A DNA stretch of 64,000 bases from Scenedesmus sp. PABB004 (GCA_014905635.1 JABVCE010000003.1:1240001-1304000); one strand, 5' to 3'; shown: positions 11,816 through 25,855, counted from the first letter of the stretch. The notes: generated from the letters alone by a model not told the origin. A program made the numbers and translations.

Positions 11816-13435
11816 ATGGAGCTGGGCGTGGCGCCCGGCGAGGCGCCAGCGCCCGAGGGGCCCGACCCACTGGGCGAGAACGGCACCTACACGCGCGTCA
11901 AGCTCCTGGGGCGCGGCAGCTTCGGCTTCGTGCTCCTGGCTCGGCACGAGGAGAGCGGGGAGGTGGTCGCGATCAAGCTCCTGCCCCGCACCGAGGTGGG
12001 CGGCGTCACCGCGGGCGACCGCGCTGCTGCTCCCGCTTGCGCGCCGCGCCGCGCCCGCCGCGCGCAGCGGCGGCCGCCGCCCGCGGCGGCGGCGGCCGCC
12101 GCCGCGGCCTGGGGGCGGCGCCGGGGGCCGCCGCGGCCCGGCGCGCAGCGCCGCCGCGCGGCGCCCGCCGCTGCCGACGCCCGCGCACGCCCGCAGGTGA
12201 CCAAGTACGTCGAGGCTGAGATTGTCAACCACTCGCTCATGCGGCACCCTCACGTCATCCAGTTCAAGGAGGTCTTCCTCACAGCGCAGTACATCGCGGT
12301 CGCCATGGAGTACGCCACGGGTGCGCGCACGCCCGGGGCGCCGGGCTGCCGGGGAGTCAGGCCGCCGCGCGTGGCCCTGCGACGTGCCGCGCCGCGCCGC
12401 GCGCCCGGCGGCGCGGTGGGAGCCGGCTGCGGCCCGCCAACGCGCTCGCGCCCGCCGCCGCCGCCCGCCTGCGCGTGCCAGGCGGGACGCTGTTCCAGTA
12501 TGTTCACCGCCAGGGCCGGCTCAAGGAGGCGGTGGGGCGCTGGTTCTTCCAGCAGCTGCTCGTCGGCGTCGACTACTGCCACCGCCGCGGCGTCGCGAAC
12601 CGCGACATCAAGCTCGAAAACACGCTGCTGCAGGCGCGGCGGCGGCGCGGCGCGCGCAGCGCGCGCGCCCCGGGGGGACGACCCCCCGCCGCCGCCGCCG
12701 CCGCCGCGCGCGCCCGCAGGACGTGCCGCGCCTACCGCTGCCGCTGGTCAAGATCTGCGACTTTGGCTACAGCAAGGCCGAGAACAAGAGCGCCGCCAAG
12801 AGCAAGGCGCGGCGCGCCGCGCCGCGCCCCGCCGCGGCCAGCGGCGCGCGCCCACACCCACGCGTCCACGCGCCCACGCACGCGCGCGCTGGGCGCCCCG
12901 GCGCGCAGGTCGGCACGCTGACCTACATGGCGCCCGAGGTGCTGGTCAACGCCAACCGCGACGGCAAGTACGACGGCAAGGTGCGGCGCGGCCGCCCGGC
13001 GCGCCGCGCGGCACGCGGCGCGCTGCGCGCGCTGGCGGCGAGGGCGGGCCGCGCCCGGCGCCGCGCGCGGCGCGCCCGCCGCGCAGGTCGCCGACATCTG
13101 GAGCTGCGGCGTGATGCTGTATGTGATGCTCTGCGGGCGGTACCCCTTTGACTCACCAAACTCCACGGGTGCGCGCGCCGCGCCGGCGCCGCCGCCGCCG
13201 CCGCGCACGCCGCCGCCGCCGCCGCCGCGCCACACGAGCGCCGCCCGCGCCCTGCCGCGGCGGCCAGGCGTGATCGCGACGCCCACCGACTTTATTTGCA
13301 TGCTGGAGCGCATGGTCGGCCGGCAGTACAACATACCCGGCGACGCAGGTGTGCGGTTTAGGGCAGGGGCGCCCTGCCCGCCCTCGCCCGCGCCCGCACG
13401 TCAGGGCGGCGCCGGCCGCCCGCCTGACGCGGCGC

Positions 13436-13506
<71 letters not shown>

Positions 13507-14323
13507 CGGGGGCGCAGGGCTGAGCCCCGAGTGCGTCGACCTGCTGCGCGCGATGCTGCTGCCCGAGCCGCACCGCCGCATCACGGTCGAGGGCATCCTA
13601 GCGCACCCGTGGATCAACACCAACCTCCCGCCCGAGGCAGCGGGCATGAACGCGACCTACCTCGCCGCGCCGCCGCCGCCGGGCGCGCTGCCGCCGGAGG
13701 CGCTTCGCCTCATGATTGAGGAGGCGCGCCTGCCCGCGCACGCGCGGCGCATCAGCCCCGCGCTCTCGCCCGCGCAGCAGGGCGCGGCGGTGCAGCTGCT
13801 CGCGGCCGCGGCCGCGCAGGCCGCGGGGGGCGGGGCCGCGGCGGCGGCGCAGGCGCAGCAGCAGGCGCAGCAGCAGGCGCAGCAGCAGGCGCAGCAGCAG
13901 GCGCAGCAGCAGGCGCAGCAGCAGGCGCAGCAGCGGCAGTGGGCGGCCGCCGCCGGCGGTGGCCAGGCCCAGCGCCCGGCCGGCGCCGCACCGCTGCAGC
14001 TGCATTCGCCGCTGCTGCTGCAGCAGCAGCCGCAGCAGCAGCTGCAGCCCTCGCACGCGCTGCCCGGCCAGCTGCCGCTGGCGCACGCACCTCAGCTCGC
14101 GGGGGCCTGGCCGGGCGCCGGCGGCGCGCCGCCCGGGCAGCCGGCGGCGGCGCTGCCGCTGCGCGCGCGAGACCTGGACACCGAGACGCTGACGTTGATT
14201 GACACAGCCATCAGCGACCAGTTCACGGGCGGCGGCGTGCCGGGCGCGTCTTCGAGCGGCGCGGTCGCCGCATACATCCGCGCCGCGCACGGCCAGCAGC
14301 AGCAGCCGCCGGCCCGGCGCTGA
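11816..14323 (+). CDS. SnRK2-family Ser/Thr protein kinase with a low-complexity Q/A-rich tail
   Basis: GRGSFG, VAIK, EIVNHSLMRHPHVIQFKEVFLT, NRDIKLEN, ICDFGYSK, VGTLTYMAPE and YDGKVADIWSCGVMLYVML are SnRK2-type signatures. Two GC-AG introns. Confidence 0.88.
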
Positions 14324-15142
14324 GGCGCGCGCGCGGGGCGCGCGCCCGCAGTCGGCGCTGCGTGTGCACGCAGCGCCTGGGGGACGGCGACGAGCGGGCA
14401 CTGGGGCAACGCGCGGCGGCTCGTGCGCCGGCTCGTGCGCCGGTGGGTGCGGGCGCGCGGGGCGGGGCGTGCGTTGGGAGCATGAGCATGCCGGCCTGCA
14501 TCCATTTTGTAGCTTGGCGGCGCGCTGCGGTCTCTTCCTAACCTGGCCCTGCTGCCCTGCCAGCCTGTACAGCTCACTGAAGCCCCCGGCCTGCGCCGTG
14601 CGCGCTCGCGCGCGGCGCGCGGCAGGCCGGCGTGTTGATGCGACGGCGCTGCACTGCCCATGGATTGATGACTGACGGGCTCGATGTCGGCGGCCGCCGG
14701 AAGGCTCCCCACGAGGCACTGCCGGCGGGGTGGGATCGAGTGGCGCTGGATCGCTCCTTGTGTGTAGTAGTACGGCCTGCGATTGGTCACAGGCTCGCCC
14801 GCAAGCAAATGCTGCGGCACTGGGCGCTCGTGATGGGCACCTCGGCCATCAGCTGCGGGAGGCTGCGCGCCCGCTCGGTTACCACCCCAGAGTAAGCGCG
14901 CATGCAAGGCGATGCCCTACCGCGATCACGCCTGCCCAGCGCTGTCGCCCGTCGCGCCGCCGCCGACCCGCCCCGGCCCGTCTGTACAGCTGCCCGCCGC
15001 CGCCCGTTCCCTGGCAGCAGCAGCGCACGCGCGCCCTGCCCGCGCCTGACCGCGCGCGCCCCTGCCGCCCAGCCACCTCGGGCAGGCCGCCGCCGGCGCC
15101 GCGGCCCGCCCGGCGCGCTGGCCAGCCCCCTGGCTGCCGCCC

Positions 15143-18100
15143 CTACGTGGCGCCGCTGCCGCCCTGAAACAGGGCGGCGAAGGGCTTGTCCGGGTTGTAC
15201 CCGCCGCCGGCGGCCGCCACGCCCTGCTGGCCGCCCTTGCCGCGCCGCGCGCCGCCGGCCTTGGCGCCGCCGCCCGCGCGCCGGCGCGCGCCGCCGCCCT
15301 TGCGGCCGCCGGCCTTGCCCCCGGCGCGGGCGCGGCCTCGCCGGCCGCCGCGTCGCCCGGCGGCGGCTGCTCCCAGCTGTTGCCGCCGCCGTTGAGAATG
15401 TACTCACACAGCCCGCCCATGCCCGCCTGGTCGGCGCCGCCGCCGCGGTCCGCGTCGCCGCCGCTGGGCCGGCCACCGGCAGCGGCCGCGGCGGCGGCCG
15501 CGGCGGCCACCGCCGCCGCCGCAGCGTCGCCGCTGGCGCTGTACCTGAACTGCGCGTACACGGCGTGCAGCTCCGTGGCGGAGCCTGCGCGCGGCAGGCC
15601 GCCGCCCTCGCCCGCCGCGCCGGCCGCCGCGCCGCCCTGCTGCTGCGGGGCCTGCGCGCCGCCGGCGGCGGCGGCGGCGGCGGCGGTTGACGCCGCGGAC
15701 GCCGCCGCTGCGCGCCGCCGGGCCGCCTCGGCCACCGCCCCCGGCTCCGGCGGGCTGAACAGGCCGGCGGGGCTGGCCAGGCAGCTCAGGCCCGCGAACG
15801 TGGCGCCGCCCTTGTCTGCGGGCGGCGGCGGCCGGGTCGGGCGCGCCGGCAGAGGCCCGAGCGCGCGTGCGGGGCCCGCCCGCAGGCAGGGAGCGCGCGC
15901 GGCGCGGCGCCGCACCTGGCGACAGAAACGCCACGCTGTCACCCAGGAGCTGCTCCAGGCACGCCATGGTCGCCCCGCCGACGCCGCCGGTCGGCGAGAG
16001 CAGCTGGCTGGGCGAAAACAGGGCCGGCGTGTGGAGGCCGCTCAGGCCGCCGCTGCCCGGGCGGCGGCTGCCGCCCGGGCCCATCGCATTGAGCGCTGCG
16101 GCCAGCTGCGCGGCGGGCACGCCCGCCGGCGCGCCGCCGCCAGCGGGTGCGCCCGCCGGCGGCGCAGGCACGGCTGGCCCTGCGGCCGCGGCCGCCGCCT
16201 GGCTCCCGCCCGCAGCAGCGTGCGCGGGCGGGGCGCCCGCCGGCGCCGCGCCGCCGCCGGCAGCGCCGGCCGCCGGCTGCTGCGGCTGCGCCGCCGCAGC
16301 GGCCGCCGCCGCGGCGGCCGCCGTCGCGGTCGCGATCTGCTGCTGCAGCGCCGCGACCTGCTGCGCCTGCAGCGCCGCCAGCTGCTGCAGCTGCTGCGCC
16401 TGCAGCGGCGTCGCGACGCCGCCGCGCCCGCCGGGCGCCGCCGCCAGGCCCGGCTTGGCCGCCGCCACAAACAGCGTGTCGCCGTTTGGCAGCGCGACGC
16501 GCTGCACCGCGCCGGTCGCGCGCGCCGCGCTCACCGCGCCGGCGGGGCCGCCCGGCGCCGCCGGCGCGGCGCCGGGCATCATCGACAAGAGCGCCGACTC
16601 GAGACTGCTGTGCCGCCGCGCGCCGAGCGCGCTCGGCAGCGGCGCGCGGCACGGCTGCCCGCCGCCGGGCTGCGCCGGCGGCGGCGCCAGCACCTCCTCC
16701 ACGCTCGGCAGCGGCACGCGGCACCGCTTGAGCGCGCCCTTCCGGCGCCGCCGCCGGCGCGGTTCCGACTGCGCGCCGCCGGCGCTGCCGGGCGCGTCGG
16801 CGCCCGCCGACCAGCCCTCGCTCGCGCTGCCGTGCGTGCCGCCCGACGCCGCCGGCGCGAGCGCGCCCGCCGCGTCGTCGGCCGCCGCGCCGCCTTGGTC
16901 GTAGCTGACCAGCAGCAGCCCGTCGTCGCCCACGGGCAGGCCGCCGTCGGGCAGGGCCAGCTCGTAGGCCCCCGCCAGCAGCGGCGGCGGCGGCGCCAGC
17001 TCCGCGGCCGCGGCGCCGCCGCCTCCGTCCGACCCGCCCCCGCCGCAGGGCGAGGGCGGCACGGCGCCCGCGGCCTTGAGCGCGTTGTGCAGCAGGCCGG
17101 GGTCGGCGGGGTCCTGGCCGCCGGGCGGCTGCGGCTGCTCGAGCAGCTGCGAGTGGCTAGCCGCCAGCACCGCGGCGATCGCGTCGTAATCCAGCGACAG
17201 CAGGCTGTGGCTCGTGGCGCCCAGCTCCACGCCGCCGCCGCCGCCGCCGCCGCCGGCGGCCGCGACCACCGGGGGCGTGGGCGTGGCGCCGCCGCCGGCC
17301 GCCTCGCGCGCGGCGCCGCCGCCGCCGGCGGCGGCGGGCCCGGCGTCGTCCGCAGCGTCCTCCTCTGCCACACCTGCCTCGGTAAAGCCCTCGGGCGTGC
17401 CGGCGGCGGGCCCGCCGCTGTCGCCGCCTCGCCCCGCGGCTGCGTGGAAGCCGCTCCAGCGCGCCTGCTGCGCTGGACCCTGCTGCGCCGCAGGCTCGAG
17501 CGCCGGCGGCGCGTGGCCGCCCGGGAGGGGGGCGCTGCGCGCACCGCCGCCCGTCGCAGCGGCCAGGGCTGCCGCTTCACGCCCATCGCCGGCGGTTGGC
17601 GCGGCGCCGGCGGGCGCGGCCTGCTGCTGACCTTCGCCGCCCGGCGCCGGCTGCTCCAGCGCCTGGCCGGGCACAACTGCACGTGCGCCGGCAGGGGGCG
17701 GCGTCCCGGCGCCGCCGGCCACCTCCTCACCGGCCCCCGCCGCGCCGCCCGCGCACGAGCCCCCGGCGGCGCCGCCGGCTGACTCCGAGCAGGCGCGGCC
17801 GCTGGCCGCAGCGGTGCTGACAGGCTGCGAGCAGGCGCCGCCGCCGGCGGCGCACCAGCCCTGCAGGCTGGTGGAGCCAGGGTCGGCGTCGGGGCTGGCC
17901 CGCGCCAACGGCGCGGACACCGCCGCGGGCTGCGGCGGGCCCGCCAGCCGGCCCTGCTTCGCGGCGCGCTCGCCCGGCTGCGCCGCAACGCCGCCAGGGG
18001 CCGCGGGGCGCTTGCTGCCGACGGCTGCCAGCTGCGCCGCGCCGGCCCCCGACTGCCGCCGCTGCTGCTGCGCCTGCTGCTGCTCCGCCTGCGCCGCCTG

Positions 18101-19285
18101 CTCCTGGCCGCGCCGCTGGAGCGCCTGCTGCTGCAGGCGCTGCAGCTCCGCCACGCTGTACACGCTGCGGACCTGCCCCGGCTTGAGCGGCGTCTGCTCG
18201 ACGCGGCTGTCCCACGCCGCCTGGCTGCGGTGCCACGTGCCGGCCGCGCTGGAGCCGCTGCTGATGATCGTCGGCACGCACAGCCCCGCGTCGCCGGGCA
18301 GCCGCATGCCCGACGGCGGAACGCAGCCCAGGCTCGCCCAGCCCGCGCCGCCACCGCTCGCCAGCAGCTGCCGGCCCGGCGCGCCGTGCGGCCACGTGCC
18401 GCTGCCGCGCTTCTGCGGCGGCTGCATGGCGCCGCCGACGCCGCTGAGCGAGCGTTTCGAGGCGCGGCCCTGGCCTGCGGCGCCGGCGCCGCCAGCAAGC
18501 GGCCCCTCGCGCGGCTCCTCGGCGCCTGGCTGGCCCGCCTGCTGCTGCAGCTGCGCACGCTCCTGGGAGGCCAGCTCGTCGTCCTCCTCCGGGCCCCGCT
18601 CATCATCAAAGCAGACGTGCCCCTCCTCCTCCTCCCCCAGCGGCGCCTGCTCCAGCAGCTCGCAGCTGCCTGTCGCATGGCTGCCCTCGGGCCGACGCGG
18701 CTGCGCGCCGCCGCCGAGCGCGGCCCCCGGCGCTGCCTCGCTCTGGTGCTGCTGGTGGGGCTGGCTGCTGGGCCCGTGGCGCGACTCCGGCACAGCCGGG
18801 GCGCCCTCCGCCGGCTGCCCACATGGCAGGCGCTCCTGCAGCTGTGGCGGCTGCTCCGGCTCCTCCACGCCGTCCGCGCTGGCGTCGTCGCTGGCGTCAC
18901 CGTCGCTCGCGTCCGACTCGGACCCTGACGAGGACTCGGCCTCATCGCCAGGGCTGCCGCAGCCTGCTGGGTCGTCGTCCAGCTGCAGCTCCAACGCGCC
19001 AGACACGCCGCCGCCGTCGCCCGCGCCGCTGGCGGGCGCCGCGTCAGCGCTGGCAGCCGCGTGCCCGCAGCTGACGGCTGCGCCGATGCTCGCAGCGCCG
19101 CCGGCGCTCGCGGCAGCACCAGCGGCAGCGATCGCGCAAAGGGCAGCTGCCGTCGCCGCCGCGGCCGCGGCCGCACCGCCCGACGTGGGGGTGTCGCTGC
19201 CGCCAGCTGGCTCGTCGACCGACTGCTCGACGATGCGCTGCAGCTGCGGCCGCCAGCCGGCGGAGCCCTGGCCCTGACTCTGGCC

Positions 19286-19364
<79 letters not shown>

Positions 19365-20721
19365 AACATCTGCAGCTGGCGCGGCTGCAGCAGGCCCCTG
19401 CCCGCGAGCGCCTGCTGCCGCTCCGCGTCCGGCTCGGGGCCGCCGACGTCCACCGGCAGCGGCGCGATGCGGCGCAGCGTGCTGCGCGTGGCGCTGCCGC
19501 CCGCCTCGGGCCCGCCACCGGCGGCAGCCGCCTCCACTGCTGCCTCAGCCGCCAGCTCGCCGCTGCTGCGCCGCACCAGCCGGCTGCCGCCCGCCGCGCG
19601 GTCGCCGGCACCTGCAGCGCCAGCCCCCCCACTGACGGAGCTGCAGTGGGAACGCACATCTGCAGGCGAGGCGGTCGCACCCGCGCTGGGGCGCCGTGCC
19701 GGGTCGGCCAGCGGCTGCTGGCCGAGCCGCACGCTTGGCGACGCGCCGGCGCCACCGCAGCTGTGCACCACCGCCGAGCCAGACGGGGCGGCGGCGGCCA
19801 CGGCGGCAGGGGGGGCGCCGTGCTCGCTCGAGGGCGCCGGCACTGCGGGCGGCTGCGCCGCCGAGCCGCTGCGCTGCTCGGTGGAGGCTGGCTGCTGCTG
19901 CAGCGCCGCCTCCTGCAGTGCCGGCTGCTGGTGCACGGGCGGCACTGCTGAAGACCCTTCCAGTCGCGGCGCGGGCGCCTGTGCCCCAAGCTGCGGCAGC
20001 AGCAGGTCCTGCTGGTGCTGCTGGTGCTGCTGGTGCTGCTGCTGCAGCGGGGGCGCCTGCTGCTGCGCTGGGGCTGGCTGCGCCTGGGCTGGCGGCTGCG
20101 ACAGCGTGCGCTCGCTCGCCTGGAGAGCAACGCCTGCCGCGCATGGGGCAGCGCCAGGCGCCGTCGCGTTCGCGACCGGCGGCCGCGCCTGGCACGCCTG
20201 CAGCAGCCCCAGCAGCTGCCCCGGGGGCGCCTGGCCCTGCGGCGCGCCGTGCTGCAGCTGGAACACCACCTGGCCGCTGCTGTCTCTGCTCACCACAACC
20301 GGCAGCTCGATGGCCGTGCCGTTAGGCGCCGTGAACGTCACGCGCACGGCGTCAGCCGCCGCCGGCGCGGCCGGCGCCGCTGCGGCCGGCGGCAGCGGTG
20401 CCGCCGCGCCGAGCGCATCGGCCGGCACGGGCGCACCAGGCCCCAGATGCCGCGCCTGCCGCGCCTGCTGCTGCGCCTGCAGCGCTGGCGCTGGTGCCTG
20501 GTGCTGCTGCACGCCCGGCCCCTGCTGCGCCACCTCGCCCTGCTGCTGAGGGGTCGCCTGCGGGTGCGGCAGGCTGTCGCCTGAGGGCGGTCCTGCCTGC
20601 TGGTGGGCACTGCCAGGCCGCTGGCCCCACGGCTGCTGTGCCAGATGGCCGCCAGAGGGCGGCCCGGTCGGCTGCAGGGGGGGGCCGGGCGGCCCACAGC
20701 CGCCCGGCAGCGGCTGGCCCC

Positions 20722-20789
<68 letters not shown>

Positions 20790-21165
20790 ATGCCCGAAGT
20801 GTGCTGTGACGACTGGTGGGACAGCGCCGGCACCGCCTGCCACTCGCCCCAGTCGCCGCAGTCGACGGCGCTGCCGCCAGCCCGGGCGCCCGGCGGCGTC
20901 GGCGCGCCCGGCGCCTGCCGCTGGCGCGGCTGCTGCTGCGGCGGCTGCTGGAGAGCAGACGCCCCGCTTGGTGGCTGCATGCCACCCTGGCCCGGGGTGA
21001 GGTGGGGTGCCGCCGGCTGGTGCTGCGCCGCCGCGTGCGGGCCGCCCTGCGGCTGCGCCGTGCCCGAATGCTGGTGCAGGCCACCCCAGGCACCCTGCTG
21101 ACCAGCGAGCAGCTGCTGGGCTGGCGGCGACGGCCCGGGCGGCATGCCTTGCTGCTGCATCTGCA

Positions 21166-21205
<40 letters not shown>

Positions 21206-22471
21206 CGGCTGGAGCCACGGCGGCTGCTGCCACGGCTGGAGCCACGGTGGCTGCTGCCACTGCTGCCACTGCTGCTGCGGCGGCCAGTGCTGCGGCTGTT
21301 GCTGCGGCAGCCATTGCGGCTGCTGCTGCCAACCCACCGGCTGCTCCTGCAGCCCGTGGTGGCCATAAAACGGCTGCTGCTGCTGCTGCTGCTGAGCGGG
21401 GGCCAGCTGCGGCCCCTGCATGCCCAGCTGCGCCGCGGCGCCCGGGTGCGGCAGCGGCGACAGCTTGCGCCCCGCGTCGGCGCCAAAGCCGCAGCTGCTG
21501 CTGCTGCCGCACAGCGCGCCAGCCTGCTGGCCGCCCGCGTCGAGCGGCGGCGGCGGCATGGCGTTCTGCAGCTGCCGCAGCGGCACCTGGCCGCCCGCAA
21601 GCGCCTGGTCGGTGGCATCCGCCACCGCGCTGTCCAGGCCGCCGTGCGCGCCGCCGTCCAGCTCCAGCGCCAGCAGCTGCTGCGGCGGCGCCAGCTGCTG
21701 CGGCTGCGACGGCGGCGCCCAGGCGCCCCCTGCTTGCCACGGCGGCGGCGGCGCGCCGCCCGCGCAGCCGAGCGCGCGGGGCGCGGGCGCGCCGCCGTCG
21801 CCGCCGGCGGGCTCGCCCGCCGGCGGCCCTTGCGGCAGCCCCAGCGGCTTGCCCGGCGGCGAGGGGGCTTCTGGGGCGATGAGGTGGTACAGGAAGTGCA
21901 GCTTGGGCGGGCAGCCAAAGATCTTGTGGATGTCAGCAAGCTGCGGCGGGCGGGGCGGCGCAGCGCGGCGCGGGCATCAGCAGGGCGCGTCAGCAGGGCG
22001 GGTGCGTGCGGCCGGGCCGGGGCCACCCGCGCGGCGCGCTGCCGCCAGCCACCGCCGGCCGCTGCCAGGCGGCGCGTCTGGCAGGCGCTGCCGCGCCGGC
22101 GCGCGCGTGTGCACCGGCAGCGTGGGGTCGAACGTCGGGCCCCACGACACGGGCGTGAACTTTAGGTGGCCGTGCACTGAGATGTCCGGATACAGGATCA
22201 CCTGGTGCCCCGGCAGGCCCAGCTGGCGCAGCACGATGCCCGCCACGCTCGCGAGCTGCCGCGCCGTGCTGCGGGCGGCAGCGGCGGCGGTTGCGCCAGG
22301 GGCGTGGCGGGCCCCTGCGCGCAGCGCGCCCCGGCGTCCGCGCGTCGCGCCGCACCTGATCTCGGCGGCCACCCACTTGTGGCGCTTGCCCAGCTGGCCG
22401 ACGAGCTTGCGCGTGTGCGCGTCGCGCGCCGCCACCTGTATCTCCACCTTGACGGCCTCCCCGCCCTCCAT
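15143..22471 (-). CDS. Very large (>2200 aa) low-complexity protein with an N-terminal TKI1/Cramped-like domain
   Basis: ATG at 22471, two short exons, a ~6-kb exon (21941-15916) and a last exon. The N-terminal ~105 aa are globular; the rest is Q/A/G/P-rich. The 3' end (TAG 15145-15143) assumes a 1-nt indel at 15318-15322; otherwise the stop is at 14926. Confidence 0.6.
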
Positions 22472-23428
22472 GGCGGCAGAACCGGCAAGAGAGCCCTTCA
22501 CCGCATCTCTCGGCGCCGCGCCGCCGCCATGCCGGCCGCACACGCGGCGCGGGGAGCGGAGGAGCTGCGATGCGGGGGGCCCGCCTGCTGTCGGCGTCTG
22601 CGGTGGCGTCTTCGGCACCGCTCTCGTGCGGTAGGACGACTGTGGCCGCGCCCTCGGGGCAAGCGCAGCGAGCTGGGCGCCCCCGGGCGCGCCGGCGGAC
22701 GCAGGTTTTGCTGCTGTCAATTTTGAAAACGCGCGAGCGCTGTCGGCCTCCAGCGCTGCCCCAGAGCCTGCACGGTCTGCGCGCTGCTGCTGGCAATCGG
22801 CGCGCCGGTCGCAGCAGCAGCAGCGGCGGCAGCGGCGGCGCGCGCGCGCGGCGGCGGCAGCGACGCTGCCGTTGGCGGGCGGGCACGCGCGCGGCGCGGA
22901 GGCTGGGTGCCGCGTTTACCGCCGCCCCGAATGGCATTTCTCTCCGTGCGCAACAACTGCAACAGCGGCCGCAGCACAGTGTCGAGCGCTCAATGCGGTC
23001 GGCGCTCGCCTGGCCCGCTCATTCGTCGCTCCGCAGCCGCGCGCCACACAACAAAATCGCCTCCCCCGGCGTGCGGGGAGGCCGCGCAGGCGCAGCTTCG
23101 CCGCCCGTCTCCCGGCAGTGTTGTGTGCTGGGCGCGCGCACGCGCGCTCCTCGCGCTCAGCGTGCGCCGCGCCGCGCGCGCTGCGGGGCCCGACGCCGCA
23201 GCCAAAAGCCCAAGCGCGGTGTTCCCTTGATGTGCAAGGTGTGAGTGCGCCCTGCCTGCCACCACCATCACCCGGTCAACACACCGCCCCGCCCCGCCGC
23301 CCGCCATGCTGCTGCAGTCCTCGGTGCCTGTGCGTTGCCCACCCCGCGCACGCCCACGCGCGTGCGGTCGCGGAGATGCCACGCGCCCTGCCGCGCGCCC
23401 GGGACGACGACCGCAGCCGCCGCGCGCG

Positions 23429-25816
23429 TCACGCTGGCCCTGCTGCCGCGGGCACAGACGGCGTCGCGGCGGGCGCGCCCGCGGCGGGCAGGCCTGCAGC
23501 CTCAGTCGTGCCCCCGACCTGCCCCGCGGGCTGCGCCTGCTGCGCCTGCTGTGCCGCCTGCACGGGCTGCGCCGGCTGTGCCTGCTGCGCCGGCTGTGCC
23601 TGCTGCGCCGCCTGCGCCGGCTGCGCCTGCTGCGCCGCCTGCGCCGGCTGTGTGACGAGGATGACGACCGGCTGCATCGGCGGTGGCAGGCACATGGGCG
23701 CCGGCGCAAAGCCCTGCAGCGACTGGCCGGGCATGCCCACGCCCACTGGCGGCCAGCCGGGGCCCGGCGCCGTCACGGCCGCGCCGCCCACGGGCTGCTG
23801 CTGCTGCTGCTCCGCCGCCGCCGCCGCCGCCGCTGACGATGCGGCCGGCTGCTCGCCGCCTTGCTGCCCGGGCGTGCTCGCGGCCGCTGCAGCCCCCAGG
23901 TCGGCTGCGGCCGCTGCGGCCGCATCTGCCGCGCCGGCCCCCGCCGGCGAGACGGCCATGGCCGCCATGCCGTCGCTGTCGGCCGCGGGCGCCGTGCTGG
24001 CCGGCGGCAGCTCCAGCGCGAGCTGCGGCTGCTGCTGCGGCGCCGCCTCGAGCACGGCCGGCGATGGCTCCGCCTGCTGAGCGCCGTCCGCCTGCTGCGA
24101 CTGCTGCGGCGGCTGCGGCTGCGGCTGCGGCTGCGGTTCGCTGGGCGGCGCCGCGGCCGCCTGCGCCTGCTGCTGCGCCTGCTGCTGCGCCTGCTGCTGC
24201 TGCATGTGCAGCTGCTGCTGGTAGTAGAGGTGCTGCTGCTGCATGAACATCTGCTGCTGCTGCTGCATCATCATCAGCGACTGCTGCCAGTGCGCCTGGA
24301 ACGCCTGGAAGCAGGCGGGATCCACGGCGCCCGGCATGCCCCCCGGCATGGCCATCGGCGCCGGGCCGAAAGGCCCGGGCATCATGCCGCCGTAGCCGGC
24401 GGGGCCATAGCCAGGCATGCCCTGCGGCGGCACGCCGGCCAGCGCAAAGCCCGGCGCGCCGGGCGGCCCCCCGCCCAGCAGCGGCGCGGCGCCGCCGGGC
24501 GCCGCGGCGTCGGCCGGGCCAAACTGCTGCTGCTGCTGCATCATGGCCTGCTGCCGCTGCCACTGCGCCCAATTGAAGTGGATGACGGGCGCCATCTGAA
24601 GGCCCGCCATGTGCAGCTGGTCGTACGGCTGCGCCGCGCCGGCGACGCACGGCTGCTGCTGCGCCTGCTGCGCCTGCTGCTGCTGCTGTGCCTGCTGTGC
24701 CTGCTGCGCCTGCTGCGGCTGCGGCTGCGGCTGCGGCTGCTGCTGCGGCTGGAGCTGCTGCGGCTGCAGCTGCTGCGCCGCCGCCGCCGCCTCGGGCGCC
24801 TGGCCCGGCGGCATGGCCGAAAAGCTCGGCATGTACACGCCTGGCTGCATGCCAGCCGCGCCAAAGCCCATGGCGGGCCCCCAGCCGGGCGCCATGCCCT
24901 GCGGCATGCACGGCTGCATCCAGGCGCCGACGCCGCCCAGCGCGCCCGGCGCGGCCGGCACGGAGCTGGGCAAGGCCCCGGAGCCGCTCGCCAGCGGCTG
25001 CATCTGCATTTGCTGCTGCATCTGCTGCATCTGCTGCGTCTGCTGCTGCTGCTGCTGCTGCTGCATCTGCTGCTGCTGCAGCAGCTGCTGCTGGTGGTGC
25101 TGCTGCTGCGGCGGCAGCTGCTGCGACGGCAGCTGCGGTGGCGGCAGCTGCTGCTGCGGCTGCTGCTGCTGTGCCTGCAGGCCGTGCACGTGCTGCAGCA
25201 GCGGGCCCCCCACAGGGATGCCCTCGGCGATGCCGCTCGTCACGACGCCCTGGGACACTGCCGCGGCCGTGCCGGAGGCCTGCGGCTCGGTGCAGGACGA
25301 CTCCGCTACGGCGCGCGGGCGGCGGGCGGCGCGGGGAGGGGGTTGAGCGGCGCGCGCGGCCGTGCGACGGGCGGGCTCGCGCGCGAGCCTGGCGGGCGCT
25401 GCGCCGCGTGGGCGGGCGCTGCCGCCGCACCCATCTCGCCGCGGCCGCCGTCGTCGCACAGCGCGTTGCCCTTGCCCGCCGCGGCGCCGCCGTTGGCCGC
25501 CGCGCCGCCGTTGCGCGAGGCAGCGCGCTTGGATCGCCGCCCGCCCGCCGCCGGCGGCGAGGCGGCCGCCGGCCCCGCCTGCGCGCCAGCCGCCGCGGCG
25601 TCGACCGCCGCGGCCTCTGCTGCCGCCGCAGCAATGTCAATGCCACCGAAGCCGGCCAGCGCCGGCCCAGCCGCGCCGGGGCCGGGGCCGGCGCCGCCGG
25701 GCCAGCCGGCGGCCGCCGCGCCCGTCCCGCAATCGCCGGGCCCGCCGCCGCGCGCCGCGTCGTCCAGCGCCTGCTGCGCCTCGGCCGCGCGGCTCAGGTC
25801 CATGAGCGTCACCGCC

Positions 25817-25855
<39 letters not shown>

